A DNA stretch of 53,146 bases, filler included, from Catajapyx aquilonaris (lineage: Eukaryota), in the NCBI GenBank assembly GCA_000934665.2. It is 2 parts of 2 records of this genome, joined end to end, with 100 filler letters (N's around TTAATTAATTAA, not from the genome) between each part and the next. Parts side by side here need not be neighbours in the genome. Positions count along the whole stretch, not along the records: positions 1 to 26,550 come from JYFJ02005203.1; positions 26,651 to 53,146 come from JYFJ02005204.1. The stretch is one strand, 5' to 3'. Shown piece by piece: positions 23,919-34,929 of the stretch (position 1 is the stretch's first letter; each line of letters starts with the position of its first letter). The position numbers and the translations under genes were made by a program. The notes beneath the pieces are model-generated. The model searched no databases and was not told where the DNA came from. It was given only the letters and a program-made list of their open reading frames with translations.

Positions 23919-24766
23919 TAGAACAAGGTTATAATTTTAAATAAGAACTACCAATATTACATTGCTTTACAACACTTCAAGGTCTAAGTAGGTCGTAAAA
24001 ACCAAAGTTAGCCATATGCTAACACTGTGCTCAACAACAGCCATGCCTCGACCCATTGTTTTGAACATGTTCATTATCACTGAAACCATTCTATGCTTGT
24101 AGGCATATATTTTTGGTGAATCCACATTAGAGACAGTGACTCAACAGCTTCTTCTCATGACATTTGATCCCAAGTTGGAGTTTCCCACTTACCCTTTTGA
24201 CCAGGAAGTGCCCTTTGTTGTTACTATCCTCTAGCCTATAATCATTTTAAGCTAGTGGTGAAGTCAGCAGCACTCAATCAGATAATAATTATTACTCCAC
24301 TGTATTGTGTATTTGTATAACAAATATGAAAAGCTAAGATGGAATAGCCTACCTTTTCCAAGTGAATGCAATTTCCATGTGGTAGTTGTGTAAATCTGTT
24401 GTTATTAAGGTAGTTGACAAAGTGAGAGAACTTGTACTTGGCTCCAGAGTTTTTGTATGGAGGCCTTAATGCTGTCACTGGAAAATAAAGACGAGCAGTA
24501 AAGTATTTCATGGCTATGTTGTTGTCGGATGTTGAGATGAGAGATTCAATGTGCTGTTCATGTTGTTGCAAGTATTAGTAAGAAACACAGTAAATGTGAG
24601 AATATATCTGTCTTTCAAAGTGACTTGTGGGCTTGTTGCTTGTTTGTAATGTCAGTGAAATAAACAATGCCTTGGGAAAATAACGCTTTAATAACCATAA
24701 CTCCTCAATGTGGCATATATTATTTCTACATATCTGGTTCTACATATCACAACTGATAAGGCTGAG

Positions 24767-25076
24767 TTAGTAATTTGTCTTGGAGGGATGGCCAATTTTG
24801 ACATCATTGTACTGAGAAATCAACATATCCAGAGACTGAACTGCCTCTTGGAAGTAACCTTCGTCCATGCCTTGCACTTTGGTAAAATGGTGCACGTGAG
24901 CCTTCTTGCTGTAGAGCTTCAAGAATCGATCTTCCAGATTGCTCAAGACTGCTGCAATAGCCGTGTTGTTCGACAACGTCATAAGGGCATAGGGATGGTC
25001 CACAGGTGGTTTAGAGCATAAAGCCAATCTCCAGATATCAGGCGACCACACAGGTACTCGCATCTTCTGCTGCAAT
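24767..25076 (-). CDS. TUBE1: Tubulin epsilon chain, terminal exon (partial gene: join complement 25728-25851, 25532-25668, 25342-25476, 25134-25274, 24767-25076)
   Basis: (R)LQQKMRVPVWSPDIWRLALCSKPPVDHPYALMTLSNNTAIAAVLSNLEDRFLKLYSKKAHVHHFTKVQGMDEGYFQEAVQSLDMLISQYNDVK...* matches the epsilon-tubulin C-terminus (CSVPP..H..SLL.LANNT..RF..LYKKKAHLHHY). Candidate ATTAAA about 75 nt after the stop. Confidence 0.92.
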
Positions 25077-25133
25077 CTATCATGCCACACTTTGCTTACT
25101 TGTAATATAAGAACATAAAACACAAACATTTAC

Positions 25134-25274
25134 CTGGAAATGTTGGTTAACATATCCTCTATGCACATTCTGCCTGTACCAAGGAATGTTACAGCCATGT
25201 GCACTCCTTGGGAAAGGTAAACGCTGGTTAGGTTGGTTTCTTTCAGCATACTTCTTTTGAACAATGCCTCCACA
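25134..25274 (-). CDS. TUBE1: Tubulin epsilon internal exon
   Basis: (G)VEALFKRSMLKETNLTSVYLSQGVHMAVTFLGTGRMCIEDMLTNIS(R). Acceptor ttttag, donor GTAAAT, phases 2/2 consistent with neighbouring exons. Confidence 0.85.
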
Positions 25275-25341
25275 CTAAAAGATATTTTTGAAACATTTGT
25301 CAAGTTACTGTGATAAATCTGCTTCAGTTCATGGAACTTAC

Positions 25342-25476
25342 CCCACCCTTTTCTCGATATCCTCCCTACGAACAGTTGAGAGATTCATAGTGACGTAATG
25401 CATCCCGGGAAAGGGAACCATGTTGGTACACACATCTCCCAAATCCAAGTTCAAAACTCCAGAGTATCGCGAAGGA
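25342..25476 (-). CDS. TUBE1: Tubulin epsilon internal exon
   Basis: (S)PSRYSGVLNLDLGDVCTNMVPFPGMHYVTMNLSTVRREDIEKRV(G), containing the tubulin RFxGxLNxDL...NLVPFP motif. Acceptor tttccag, donor GTAAGT. Confidence 0.92.
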
Positions 25477-25531
25477 CTGGAAAGTTGCATTCAGGGGCAT
25501 GCCTGCATATACTAGGATCTCAATGGCTTAC

Positions 25532-25668
25532 CTTGTCAGGTGAAGCAGTCCTTGGGCTATTATATCATTCATGTCATCGTAAGGTTTTGCCCTACTTACA
25601 CCTGCACCACCTCTGGTAACGGACTTGGCTCGATCTTTCTCAAGTACAGCGCACATGTCGAAAAGGGC
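25532..25668 (-). CDS. TUBE1: Tubulin epsilon internal exon
   Basis: ALFDMCAVLEKDRAKSVTRGGAGVSRAKPYDDMNDIIAQGLLHLT(S), with the epsilon-type insert followed by a KPF/Y..MN.I.A..LL.LTS pattern. Acceptor ctttgttcag, donor GTAAGC. Confidence 0.9.
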
Positions 25669-25727
25669 CTGAACAAAGAGAGAATTGAAAATTCTGTCTA
25701 CTCAGGACATACACAGTATAACCTTGC

Positions 25728-25851
25728 CTGGTTATGGATTGGAATGACAACATTCGCCATATCTGTAAGATGTTTCATTGCTAAGACAGCATTGTATGGC
25801 GAAATAATGACATCATCATACTTTATGTCTGGGTACACAGCTACCACGAAT
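25728..25851 (-). CDS. TUBE1: Tubulin epsilon internal exon (most 5' exon visible); ends at a GC donor
   Basis: (R)FVVAVYPDIKYDDVIISPYNAVLAMKHLTDMANVVIPIHNQ, matching the epsilon-type DDVITSPYN..LAMK.L pattern. Acceptor ttcattccag; donor CAG|GCAAGG. Confidence 0.9.
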
Positions 25852-26550
25852 CTGGAATGAAATGTATCAGACCATAGAACTCGCATGAAGAAAGTAGAGT
25901 AACTTTCTATCCTCATCCAGAAATTAAAATAACCAAAGCCTAACTTACTTGTCTTAACATGCAATGAGCATTGGATTGTGATAGGTGAGAGATTCTTTAA
26001 GTACTGTATTGTTTGAAAAGAATACTGACTTTGTATCCTCATATAAGTGTCAAGTGATTGCATTTATTCATGTTGCAGCTCAGTGAGCTGTGAGTGTAGC
26101 ATAAACAACTGTTAAGAGGAGCAAAACTCATTGCAAGACAGTAAGGAGTTAGTTATTTCAGTCAAATGCTCTTCATATCGCCATAAGACTACTGTCTAAT
26201 TCCTTTGACTTGCAATAGACATCACCAAGCACCCTTCCCGTCCACCCCTCCACGGACTGCAGGTGTTACCAATAACCTAACCTCATGCACCATTAATGCA
26301 ATACATATAGTCAATGCTATTCCTTCCTGTCCATGACAAGGGAATATGCAGAGTGTCGATTAACACTTGCATAATAGTTTATATCGCAAATGTATGATAT
26401 ATGATATAATTACAACATAGTTTGTGATACCATGCGTGTGAGGTTAGGTTGGTAGGGTGGTTCCATTTCAGATCAGCCAGTGAGTGAAAAAAGGTGTCAG
26501 GTCATAGTCATCGATTTTTTTGAAAAATATATATGTGAAACCCACATCGA

Positions 26551-26650
26551 NNNNNNNNNNNNNNNNNNNNNNNNNNNNNNNNNNNNNNNNNNNNTTAATT
26601 AATTAANNNNNNNNNNNNNNNNNNNNNNNNNNNNNNNNNNNNNNNNNNNN
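26551..26650. other. Scaffold gap spacer (44 N + TTAATTAATTAA + 44 N), artificial
   Basis: The 12-mer gives stop codons in all six frames and is centred in a 100-nt N block. Confidence 0.95.
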
Positions 26651-28078
26651 AATCTACGGCCTAAAAGACCCCATTGTGCAAAATTTCAAGCAAATCGGAT
26701 GATATTTCGGGTTTTGTCCACCATTTTCGCAATCCGCCACACTGTGCGGCGGCGGGATTCCTAACCAGCCGACTGCCTGCAATCCATCCATGCTTAATGG
26801 AGAGGACTTGTTGTCAGAGGCGTGTGCACGTCAGGATTAGAGAGAAAATACTAGGCAAGGGAAACCAGGCAAGCACACACACACGTACACGCACACAAAC
26901 TATAGGTATCAGCTAACTCGACCATGTCTAGTTCTTTCAACCGCTACCGACTCCTATCCCAGCCTTACACCCGTGAGCGTACTTGCGGGGGTGGCCCCAT
27001 CGGCGCTGGTGTGGCGGTATTTTAAAAATCAAAATTGATCTTCGAGTTAATGAGGATCAGAGTTACCCGTGTAATGATCCAATCCCACCATCAATTTTTT
27101 AACACTGACTTTCTGGCATAATAGCCTCCGTTTTCTTTTTTACAATCAAGAGCTAATCCGGCCTCAATTTGGCATCATTGCCTGACTGACGTAATCAATG
27201 TTCACGACGCTAGTCTAAATATTTGTAACCCATGGAGCAGCCACCATAATGTGCCATTACCTGCCCCGTCCCTTTTCGCCAGCTCAATTTTGACGACAAA
27301 CATGATAACTTGAACATTCTGACTCCCCACTAGCAGCTACGGTGTCACCTCCCTGTCGTTGACCCAGCTTGCAAACAAGCCCGCCTAAATTCCCGATTGG
27401 ATCCTTGATCTCCTCATACCTCCCAGGCCATTATCGTCCATTTCACGAGCACTTTTCCGGGGCATGAGGCCCTTGGATGAAGATGGGAGAGCAGCAAAAG
27501 GCAGCCAGATTCTCAGCATCCAACCCCTACCCCCTATGGACCCGTATACTTCATCCAAGATGGTAACATCTTAAACCATCACTTAATAAAAAAAATACGT
27601 ACAAATCAACACCAAGTTTCAGGCTTCAGGTGTAATATTTAGCATGCGTGATTTCCTCACATCAAGTGGCCGTCGCAATGCGCACGTCCAAACATGCAAT
27701 TTTCAAGCCCTGAAACACTTGGTATTTCAAGTTTTTGGCTCCTTGAAAATTGATATGTTTTCATTTCTACAGTGGTGAATTACTGTGAATGGGGTGGGCC
27801 TATAGTCGGTTCTAGATCCAGAAATTTGATATTGACGGGCATGACCAGAAACTGGCGCCTTTCATTATCTTAAAAGTCAGCTTGCGTCTGGGCCAGGCCA
27901 TGTGCGTGCCCTGATAGTATACGAATGCAAAGAGTTACTGCAGCGTACAAGTATACGCATGCTAGAATTTCTTAAAAATTGGCATACACACTCAAAAAGA
28001 TCGATTTTGATATTTGGCCATTTTTCGATATATATATTCCCATTTTCGACTTATCGATATATGCCAAATTACGATATA

Positions 28079-28290
28079 CATGACGTTCCAAATTCGTGGG
28101 TCGTTTTTAATGCCTGATATCGTCCGATAGTAGTTATTTTTTGTAGCTTGTTGTCCCCCTACTGCCAGGGGATCAAATAGCAGTTGCTATAGAATGGGTC
28201 ACCTGGTTAGGAGCACAACAAGCGACAAAAAATAACTACTATCGGGCGATATCAGCTATAAAAAACGACCCCCGAATTTGGAACACCCTG
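28079..28290. mobile_element. Mariner-type palindromic MITE (arms of about 80 bp), TA TSD
   Basis: catgacgttccaaattcgtgggtcgttttt...gatatcgtccgatagtagttattttttgtagcttgttgt versus acaacaagcgacaaaaaataactactatcgggcgatatc...aaaaacgacccccgaatttggaacaccctg. Confidence 0.88.
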
Positions 28291-28372
28291 TATCGACATA
28301 AGCTCATTTTGACCTGCCAAATTATGATATGTTCCGTCAGAAGGGATATTAAATCTCCCACGACGTGAATAA

Positions 28373-28442
<70 letters not shown>
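28373..28442. repeat. (TAA)n microsatellite
   Basis: Perfect trinucleotide run abutting a MITE. Confidence 0.95.
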
Positions 28443-28443
<1 letters not shown>

Positions 28444-28772
28444 AGGGTGTTCAACTTTTTTGTCCGAACAGTTTTCGGAAAATTGCACGTAGCTGCTACT
28501 TTGTAAGCAGTGACTTGGAAATTGTGATTTTTCGGAGGAACGGGGAATATTCCCTGCGAATCGTAGGTTGAAGTGGCATACGTGCTGCCCGCTGAAAATT
28601 GAGGGTCAAGCCTGGAAAAAAGAGGGTCACACATGCCATGGGATGTGTGACCCGCTTTTTCCCCATTCCCCATTCTTCCGACAAATCACCGGTTGCAAGT
28701 CACTGCTTACAAAGTAGCAGCTACGTGCAATTTTCCGATAACTGTTCGGACAAAAAAAGTTGAAACACCCTG
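28443..28772. mobile_element. Mariner-type MITE family A, copy 1 (TIRs of about 105 bp)
   Basis: TA-CAGGGTGTTCAACTTTTTTGTCCGAACAG...CTGTTCGGACAAAAAAAGTTGAAACACCCTG-TA. Second copy at 36008-36331. Confidence 0.92.
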
Positions 28773-29689
28773 TATATCAATGTATGCCCAATTTCGATAT
28801 ATCGATAAATGCTTTATTTTGAGGTTTATTTGCTGACAAATCGATTTTTGGGTGTCGAAGGTGGCTTGGAAGTAACACCGTTTGAACCATTGAGCATCTT
28901 TGGTACAAGTCTAGGATGAGATTACCAGATTAGGGTTAGGAAAGACGATCTTCACTGGCACAACTTGACGCGTCAAGTGCGAAAACCTTGCCGACACCGT
29001 CAAAAAGTTTTTGGTGGGTTCCATTCGTATGCCAATAAGTGCCATTGAATCACGAAAGGTGCACTCAAATGGAATAGGAGACCCATTCAGTGTAAATAGG
29101 AGCCCCATTCACAGGCAATGGGAAACGCGTTCGCATTGACCAATTAGCTATTCAAATTGAATGGGTCCGTTCCACCACGGCTGGGGGTAGGCCGTTTTAT
29201 CACTACACCAGAACAGGCCTATAGTTGAGACCACACGTTTACAGAGGCCATTTCACAAATTGAGGACACCATTTTGAGTCCTAGCCGCTACATTTCAGTG
29301 CCAAATGGGCGATAAATAAGGGCCACCCTTTCCCTCACATTTTGCATTCTGCAACATAATTCATGTTCGCACACCGGAGTCAATCCCGGGCGCCCAAGTC
29401 CCCGTCGCTTTGCATAAACACCACAAACGTCCACACTGTCATTTCCATTCCCCAACCCCACCGGCTCTAGCCCACACACATATACCAACAAAAAAACGTC
29501 TTTTCTCCGGAAAAAATATAACGCGCACACTCTCTGATGTGCATTCACTGCCGGATATCCGATTGGGCCCAAACAAAACTCAGTACTGGCTGCAACGCGC
29601 ATGAGATGGTGTAACTATCCCTTCAGTCAATAACGATTGGTTTTTTTATCAAAAAAAAAGGGAACGGCCCAAAAAACGGGGAGAAAAGT

Positions 29690-29900
29690 TTTTTTTTCCA
29701 GGCCTATTCCGCCGGCACAATGGGGTGAAATCAATGGAGACCATCTTTTGTGGGCACGCATTGTTTACTCGGCGAATGAGCAGCGTTTCAGCCACTTTTG
29801 CTCAAAAGGTAGCCACTTTGCAAACTTGCTTTTATTGTTTACATACTGTGCAGTGTCTCGATCGATCCCTTCAAGTACCGTTAGTTTGTTAACTTCTGGA
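29690..29900 (-). pseudogene. Possible decayed hAT transposase N-terminal (TTF-type zinc finger) fragment
   Basis: The minus strand reads DRDTAQYVNNKSKFAKWLPFEQKWLKRCSF, followed by disrupted DGLH*F...AGGIG, loosely resembling the F..WL....WL.YS...DG.FC pattern. By-eye match only. Confidence 0.25.
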
Positions 29901-30297
29901 GTGAAAAAAAACGCGGCTATAAATCGCCTCCAGGCTTGTGTCAATACTACCCTGTTTGCACACACCATATTCAAACGCGGCTCTTAACAATCGGCGCTTT
30001 ATTTATTGCGGAAAGGCGCACTAAGTAGTTCGGAACACAACAATCCACCTTTGGAGCTAACAGTACGAGTGGTTATAAGTTCAGGTAAAAATGTCTTAAA
30101 AAATCCTTCCAGGATTGTTTTCCTCCATATTAGCGTAAGTTTTGGTTGAAATTGAAAAATTGCGCATTTTGAAGCACCAGAATGGACTGCGTGAGGGTTG
30201 ACCTCCTCAGGTCGTGGTCGTGGTTAGGAGCAACTCGTGTATTACGACCGGCCCGGAGCCAGGCCGCCCCACGACTACATCTACAAAAGGTCCACAC

Positions 30298-30669
30298 CAT
30301 GGTCTTAGAATACTAAGGTCTGGTCACTCCCTCTTATCGCCTGCCGGGGCGTTTTGCATGAGATGCTCAATTGAGAGCGCCATGAGACAGCTTTCCATTG
30401 CGCTATTATGTGGCGACCCTACCGGACTATGCTGAACTAAGGTAGAAGTGAAGCCGCTACATGCGGGCCCAACATGGCCGCCGGTGACCATGTTGGGTCC
30501 CCCAATGTAGCACTTCCCTTTTGTACCTATAAAGTTCAGGGTAGTCCGTTAGGGTCGCCACATAATAGCATAATGAACAGCTGTCTCATGGCGCTCTCAG
30601 GTGAGCACCTCATGCAAAACGCCCCGGCAGGCGATAAGATAATATTGTAGAGGTAGTGTCCGGGGGCTG
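30298..30669. mobile_element. Foldback/palindromic non-autonomous DNA element family B, copy 1, 8-bp TSD (P- or hAT-like)
   Basis: CATGGTCTTAGAATACTAAG...GGGGGCTG flanked by GTCCACAC (30290-30297 and 30670-30677). Internal inverted arms of about 105 bp plus a central palindrome. Confidence 0.88.
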
Positions 30670-33600
30670 GTCCACACCGAGACGCCACTGCCCTCTAGTG
30701 AGGCGCGTCACAACTAACAGTATATTACAAACAACTTGCACTAATATATTGTCAGACGATCCTGGAAGGGATCCTTTGGTTCGCAGTATAACTCCCAGGA
30801 TTTGAGAAGGTCAGGGGGTCCTCAGCATGGACAAATTGTAGGGCTAACGCGAAGACGCCAGGCCAGATGGAGCCCAAGTCGGCGATATGATTCTATCCGT
30901 GCTCATAATGTGGAGAACAAATCATTAGCAGCAAAGCTATTGCTTGGAAGGCTCCTGGGGAGCAAAGGCCCATTGCTCTTCGGGCCAAGTGGAGCGCCGG
31001 ACACTTCAATTGCTACGGAGTCTAATTTAGAAGCTGAGGGAGTGGGCGACAAGTAGACAAGGGGCCATTAGCAACCGGGGCCAACAGCTGCACTGCCACC
31101 TGTTCAAATGGGGCCTGCACTTTGATAATTGTCGCCTGCTGTAAGAGTGCTCTTTGATGGTCCTCAAGCTGCGACTCGGCTCCTGGTATACACCATGCAA
31201 TATTGCTGGATCATCAAGGGTTCCAGTCTAGATATCTCGGGGTGCCAGGAATAATGTCGCTTTGATCAAGTAGGGGACGTTCATACTGAATGCGATCTAC
31301 CAATTGCACAGCGGCCACAACTCACCCCAAATGTGACCTTCTGATTGCATTCGTTATCCTGCTGTCGAGAAGCAGCGCCAGAATAGGAAACTGGTCGTGA
31401 TAGATGGTACAGATGCAATGGGAGCAGGGAAGGCAACCCAAAAAAACATGCTGCACAAGATTCGTTTGCTTTTAAAGCTGATCTTCGCAGTTCAGCATAT
31501 TCAACGGAGCTGCCTTCAAAAATGGATGTACTGTATCGATGTCAGCAAAAAAAAACTGAATTCTCGAGAGTCTGCGGCGCCTTGATCGGGAGCAAACATG
31601 GCCAGAGACATACATTTTGCAAACAGTTCCTTGAAACTCATGATTTAAAGGGAGAGATCGATCTTTGGCAAGAAAGCTGCAAAAAAGTACATTGCTTATT
31701 CAGAATGTGCCATCACTTTTCAATATTTGGATTTGGAAAACACTACTCATTGCCCATAGGATGATTGTCACCTCCGTCAACCTCCAAAAATATTCGAATT
31801 TGACTCCAAGTGATGAGGGACCCAACTATTCCTTTAAAACTATACGTACAGTGCGATACATATTCAAAATACAATTGCACATGCTCCACTAAGCGGACGG
31901 CAGGATACAGTACAAGCAGCCATTGTTGATGTTTCCACCTTATTCCACCGCAACTTATAAGTAAACACCTTCGATTCACAGGCTACTTTTCACCAACCCC
32001 TGTAATATGCACGGAGGATAATGGCTTGGTACCTCCGGGAATCACATTTACGTTTCACGGAGAGTCGGAGACAGCAGTGGCGTGAATCAGGCACGATACA
32101 AACGGATAGTTTTACGACGTAATTACGCAGAGTAACAAAATCCTTCGCCTCAAAGACCAATCCGCACTGTACGTAGTGTACAAATTCATTCGTCTGAAGC
32201 CCCGGACCTTCCCTTTAGGAGCTCTTTAAGCGCCACCGGTAGATGACAAAGCAGCTACATCCATCACTGTAACAAATTGTACCTGTCAGATCAATACGAA
32301 ATAATGCCCGTGAGAACATTTCCTACCCTTCATGGCTACACTATTCAAGGGCAAAAAAATACCCCCAAAAAAGGACCATGTAGTGTATACGTGTGGCCAC
32401 GCCTGTACGCAAAACCGCAAGTATTTTTCATCTCCTGCAAAAGCACTTGCGCTACTGCAGATTGCAAAATGTTTAGATAATGTAGCGCAATTACTACTAG
32501 CTGTTAGCACATGTTAAGGAGTCCGCTCTGTCCGCCAGGGCATGTAATCAGAGAAATGCAACGTCATTAACAAAGTAATTAGAAACCCCGCAGTGTATTA
32601 CGGTTGGATTGATAAACTTTATTTGGTATTTGCTTAATTGGTAATTAACGCTGGTGTGTATACAGGGTGGGCCAGAACGTACCTTCAAACCAGTCCAAAT
32701 ATCCCAGGGTTTTTTCCCCACTATTCTTATCACTTGCACCGTATCATACCATCAGGCAATTTTCCAGCTCGTGAATAAAACACGGGACGTAATCCGTAGT
32801 AAATTAAGTGACAGCAAGAAGACACACGTTTGCCGAATTGGTCCATCCCCTGAAAGTGCCAACCGGGTCAAAATGTCGACGACGTCCACAGCCGTCGTCC
32901 AGACCTGCACAATGTCAGCTGCCAGAGACGTGAGAGGCTCTCTACCCATCCATCTATCAATCCTTTTCCTTCCTTCGGTCGGTTGGGGGGGGGGGGGGTG
33001 TNGTTTGGCAAGAGAGGCAAAGAGCCTTGCGAGGTTATTGTGGTTGGCCAAAGTGACGCTTGTCAGCAAGGGAAGGGACACACAGGACCGTGGTGGGGGA
33101 CATGCCACAAAAAAAAGTTGGGTCCTTGCCATGGATTTGGGTTTTCTTCGGACACTTTTGGCGTCTATGGCAATGGAAATGTCGGAGGGAATTTTTGGGA
33201 GGAATGTTTGCGGGGGAATTTCCACCCCTGGCAAAGCTTGACGAGATCGATTATGAAATCAATTCCAGAGACAATATGGGGCGTCAAGAAGGATTCCGGG
33301 CAGGGAAGGAGGGGGGAGGGAGGAGACACAACTGGCAGTGCGTGTGGTGTCTATTAAGCCCATAAATAAAGGCCGCGGCTGGTTCTGAAACACGATCTGC
33401 CATTTCTCATTCAAGCCTTTTGCAAAGTCAACGAGAGTGTTTCCGCTGGCTCCAAAACCATTTCCTCCAGGAAAGGAGCCTGGACCACAAAGCTCCACTG
33501 AACGTTAATATGATTCCGTTGCTAAGAGCCTCCAACATGCTAGGACCACTAGGACGTTAAGCAGCCGGCTGATTATGCAAGGAGGCAAGAGTCGCAGAAA

Positions 33601-33714
33601 TTCTTCCCAGAAATTATTCAGCTTCTTGGGAGGTTCCACGACGGAGAAGCTCCTAGTTCCATTTCTGGCCACCGGTACAGAGGCAGTACTTGCCATTATC
33701 CGATATGTCCACAT

Positions 33715-34061
33715 CATGGTCTTAGAATACTAAGGTCTGGACACTACCTCTTATCGCCTACCGGGGCGCCATGAGACCTTTCACGGAGCAATTATGTGGC
33801 GACCCTACCGGACTATGCTGAACTTGGGTAGAAGGGAAGCCGCAACATGCGGGCCCAACATGGTCGCCGGCGACCATGTTGGGTCCCCATTGTAGCGCTT
33901 CCCTTTTGTACAATTGTACCTATAAAGTTCAGCGTAGTCCGGTAGGGTCGCCGCATAATAATTGCTCTGTGAAAGGTCTCATGGCGCTCTCAGGTGAGCA
34001 CCTCATGCAAAACGATAAGCAGGCGATAAGATAAAATTGTAGGGGAAGTGTCCGGGGGCTG
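33715..34061. mobile_element. Foldback element family B, copy 2
   Basis: Same ends as copy 1, flanked by GTCCACAT / ATCCACAT. A 28-bp deletion in the left arm lies between GCG microhomologies. Confidence 0.88.
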
Positions 34062-34929
34062 ATCCACATTGATAGCCTCGCATCCGGCCATCTCATGACC
34101 GATACAACTACCACCGCCATGTATTGGGAAACCTGCTAACTTCCGGCAACTCAAACTCTGCAAAAAGAAAATTCGCCTACGTCCTAATTCCAGCCTAAAT
34201 AGAGCAGGTTTGCAAGATTGACTCTTCCTGAACAAGCAGAGGACGTAGTGTCCAAGTTCCCCGAGTCCGGCTGGCTGCCCGCAAGCCAGCTTCATTCCCA
34301 TTTCACGCACCCCACAAACACCTCAGACCAACTTCATTTCTCTATGTCTGGAGCGGCCCTCTATTTTGCGGTTAGGTTATGTACACTAGAGGACGGAAGG
34401 ATGCGCTTGGGTCTTGTTTAGTGTTTTGGCAGAGGAAGGCTCAGGGCAAATTTGCCTTTAGTTAGGAAGAGTAAGTCCTATTCTGATTGTTGGATAGATT
34501 TAAGTTCACATATCATGCCTAGCGTCCTTTATATAGGACACCTGCACATTTGCTATTTTTTAAATTTAAAAAATTACAAAATAAGCTCGTAAGAAGCTCA
34601 AAGCTGATAATAAAAGTATACATGCCTTGTAATGCGTGTTTGTCGCATCCGATTTTGTCCAAGAGGAAAAGCGCTGGGTTGGAAAATACGGGTATCTGCA
34701 TCATCGGCCCAAATACACGCTCCCATTACTGCCATACTAAAATAGTATACAACGTTTACATAATGCAAATGGGAGGACTTGAAGCAGCTCGTGTGCACCA
34801 ACATATCACGCTGTCCACCTGATTCTTAACGCTTCAGGGGCATTATACACGCCATTATTTGGGCATGTAACATATATTCTGTCAACATGTTGCACCGCCT
34901 GATAGCATTTATTCGCTATTATGATCAGC

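Larger units (their letters stand above)
27989..28854. mobile_element. Host MITE (CAC-ended, CMC/EnSpm-like) containing two nested MITEs and a (TAA)n tract
   Basis: cactcaaaaagatcgattttg ... caaatcgatttttgggtg inverted repeat, with repeated TCGATAT motifs in the residual internal segments. TSD unclear. Confidence 0.55.

Noticed and set aside
26221..26259. Minus-strand QSVEGWTGRVLGD resembling the tubulin signature HSMGGGTGSGLGT, 370 bp upstream of the first visible TUBE1 exon
   Set aside because: Only 6/13 identities in G-rich sequence. The downstream residues do not match, there is no suitable phase-2 donor at the expected distance, and stops lie on both sides. Probably chance, but worth re-checking if no true exon is found.
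26595..26606. TTAATTAATTAA palindrome
   Set aside because: Synthetic six-frame-stop spacer inside the N block.
31325..31365. Possible 36-nt minus-strand exon (ctcgacag ... TTTGGG|gtgagt)
   Set aside because: The splice signals are plausible but the peptide is unrecognisable, and such signal pairs arise by chance in 26 kb.
32662..33241. 195-aa and 160-aa ORFs, plus a CAGGGTG end and a minus-strand RWMGR suggesting a decayed Tc1-like element
   Set aside because: No WPPRSPDL motif and no partner TIR found; the ORFs cross an N-containing poly-G join.
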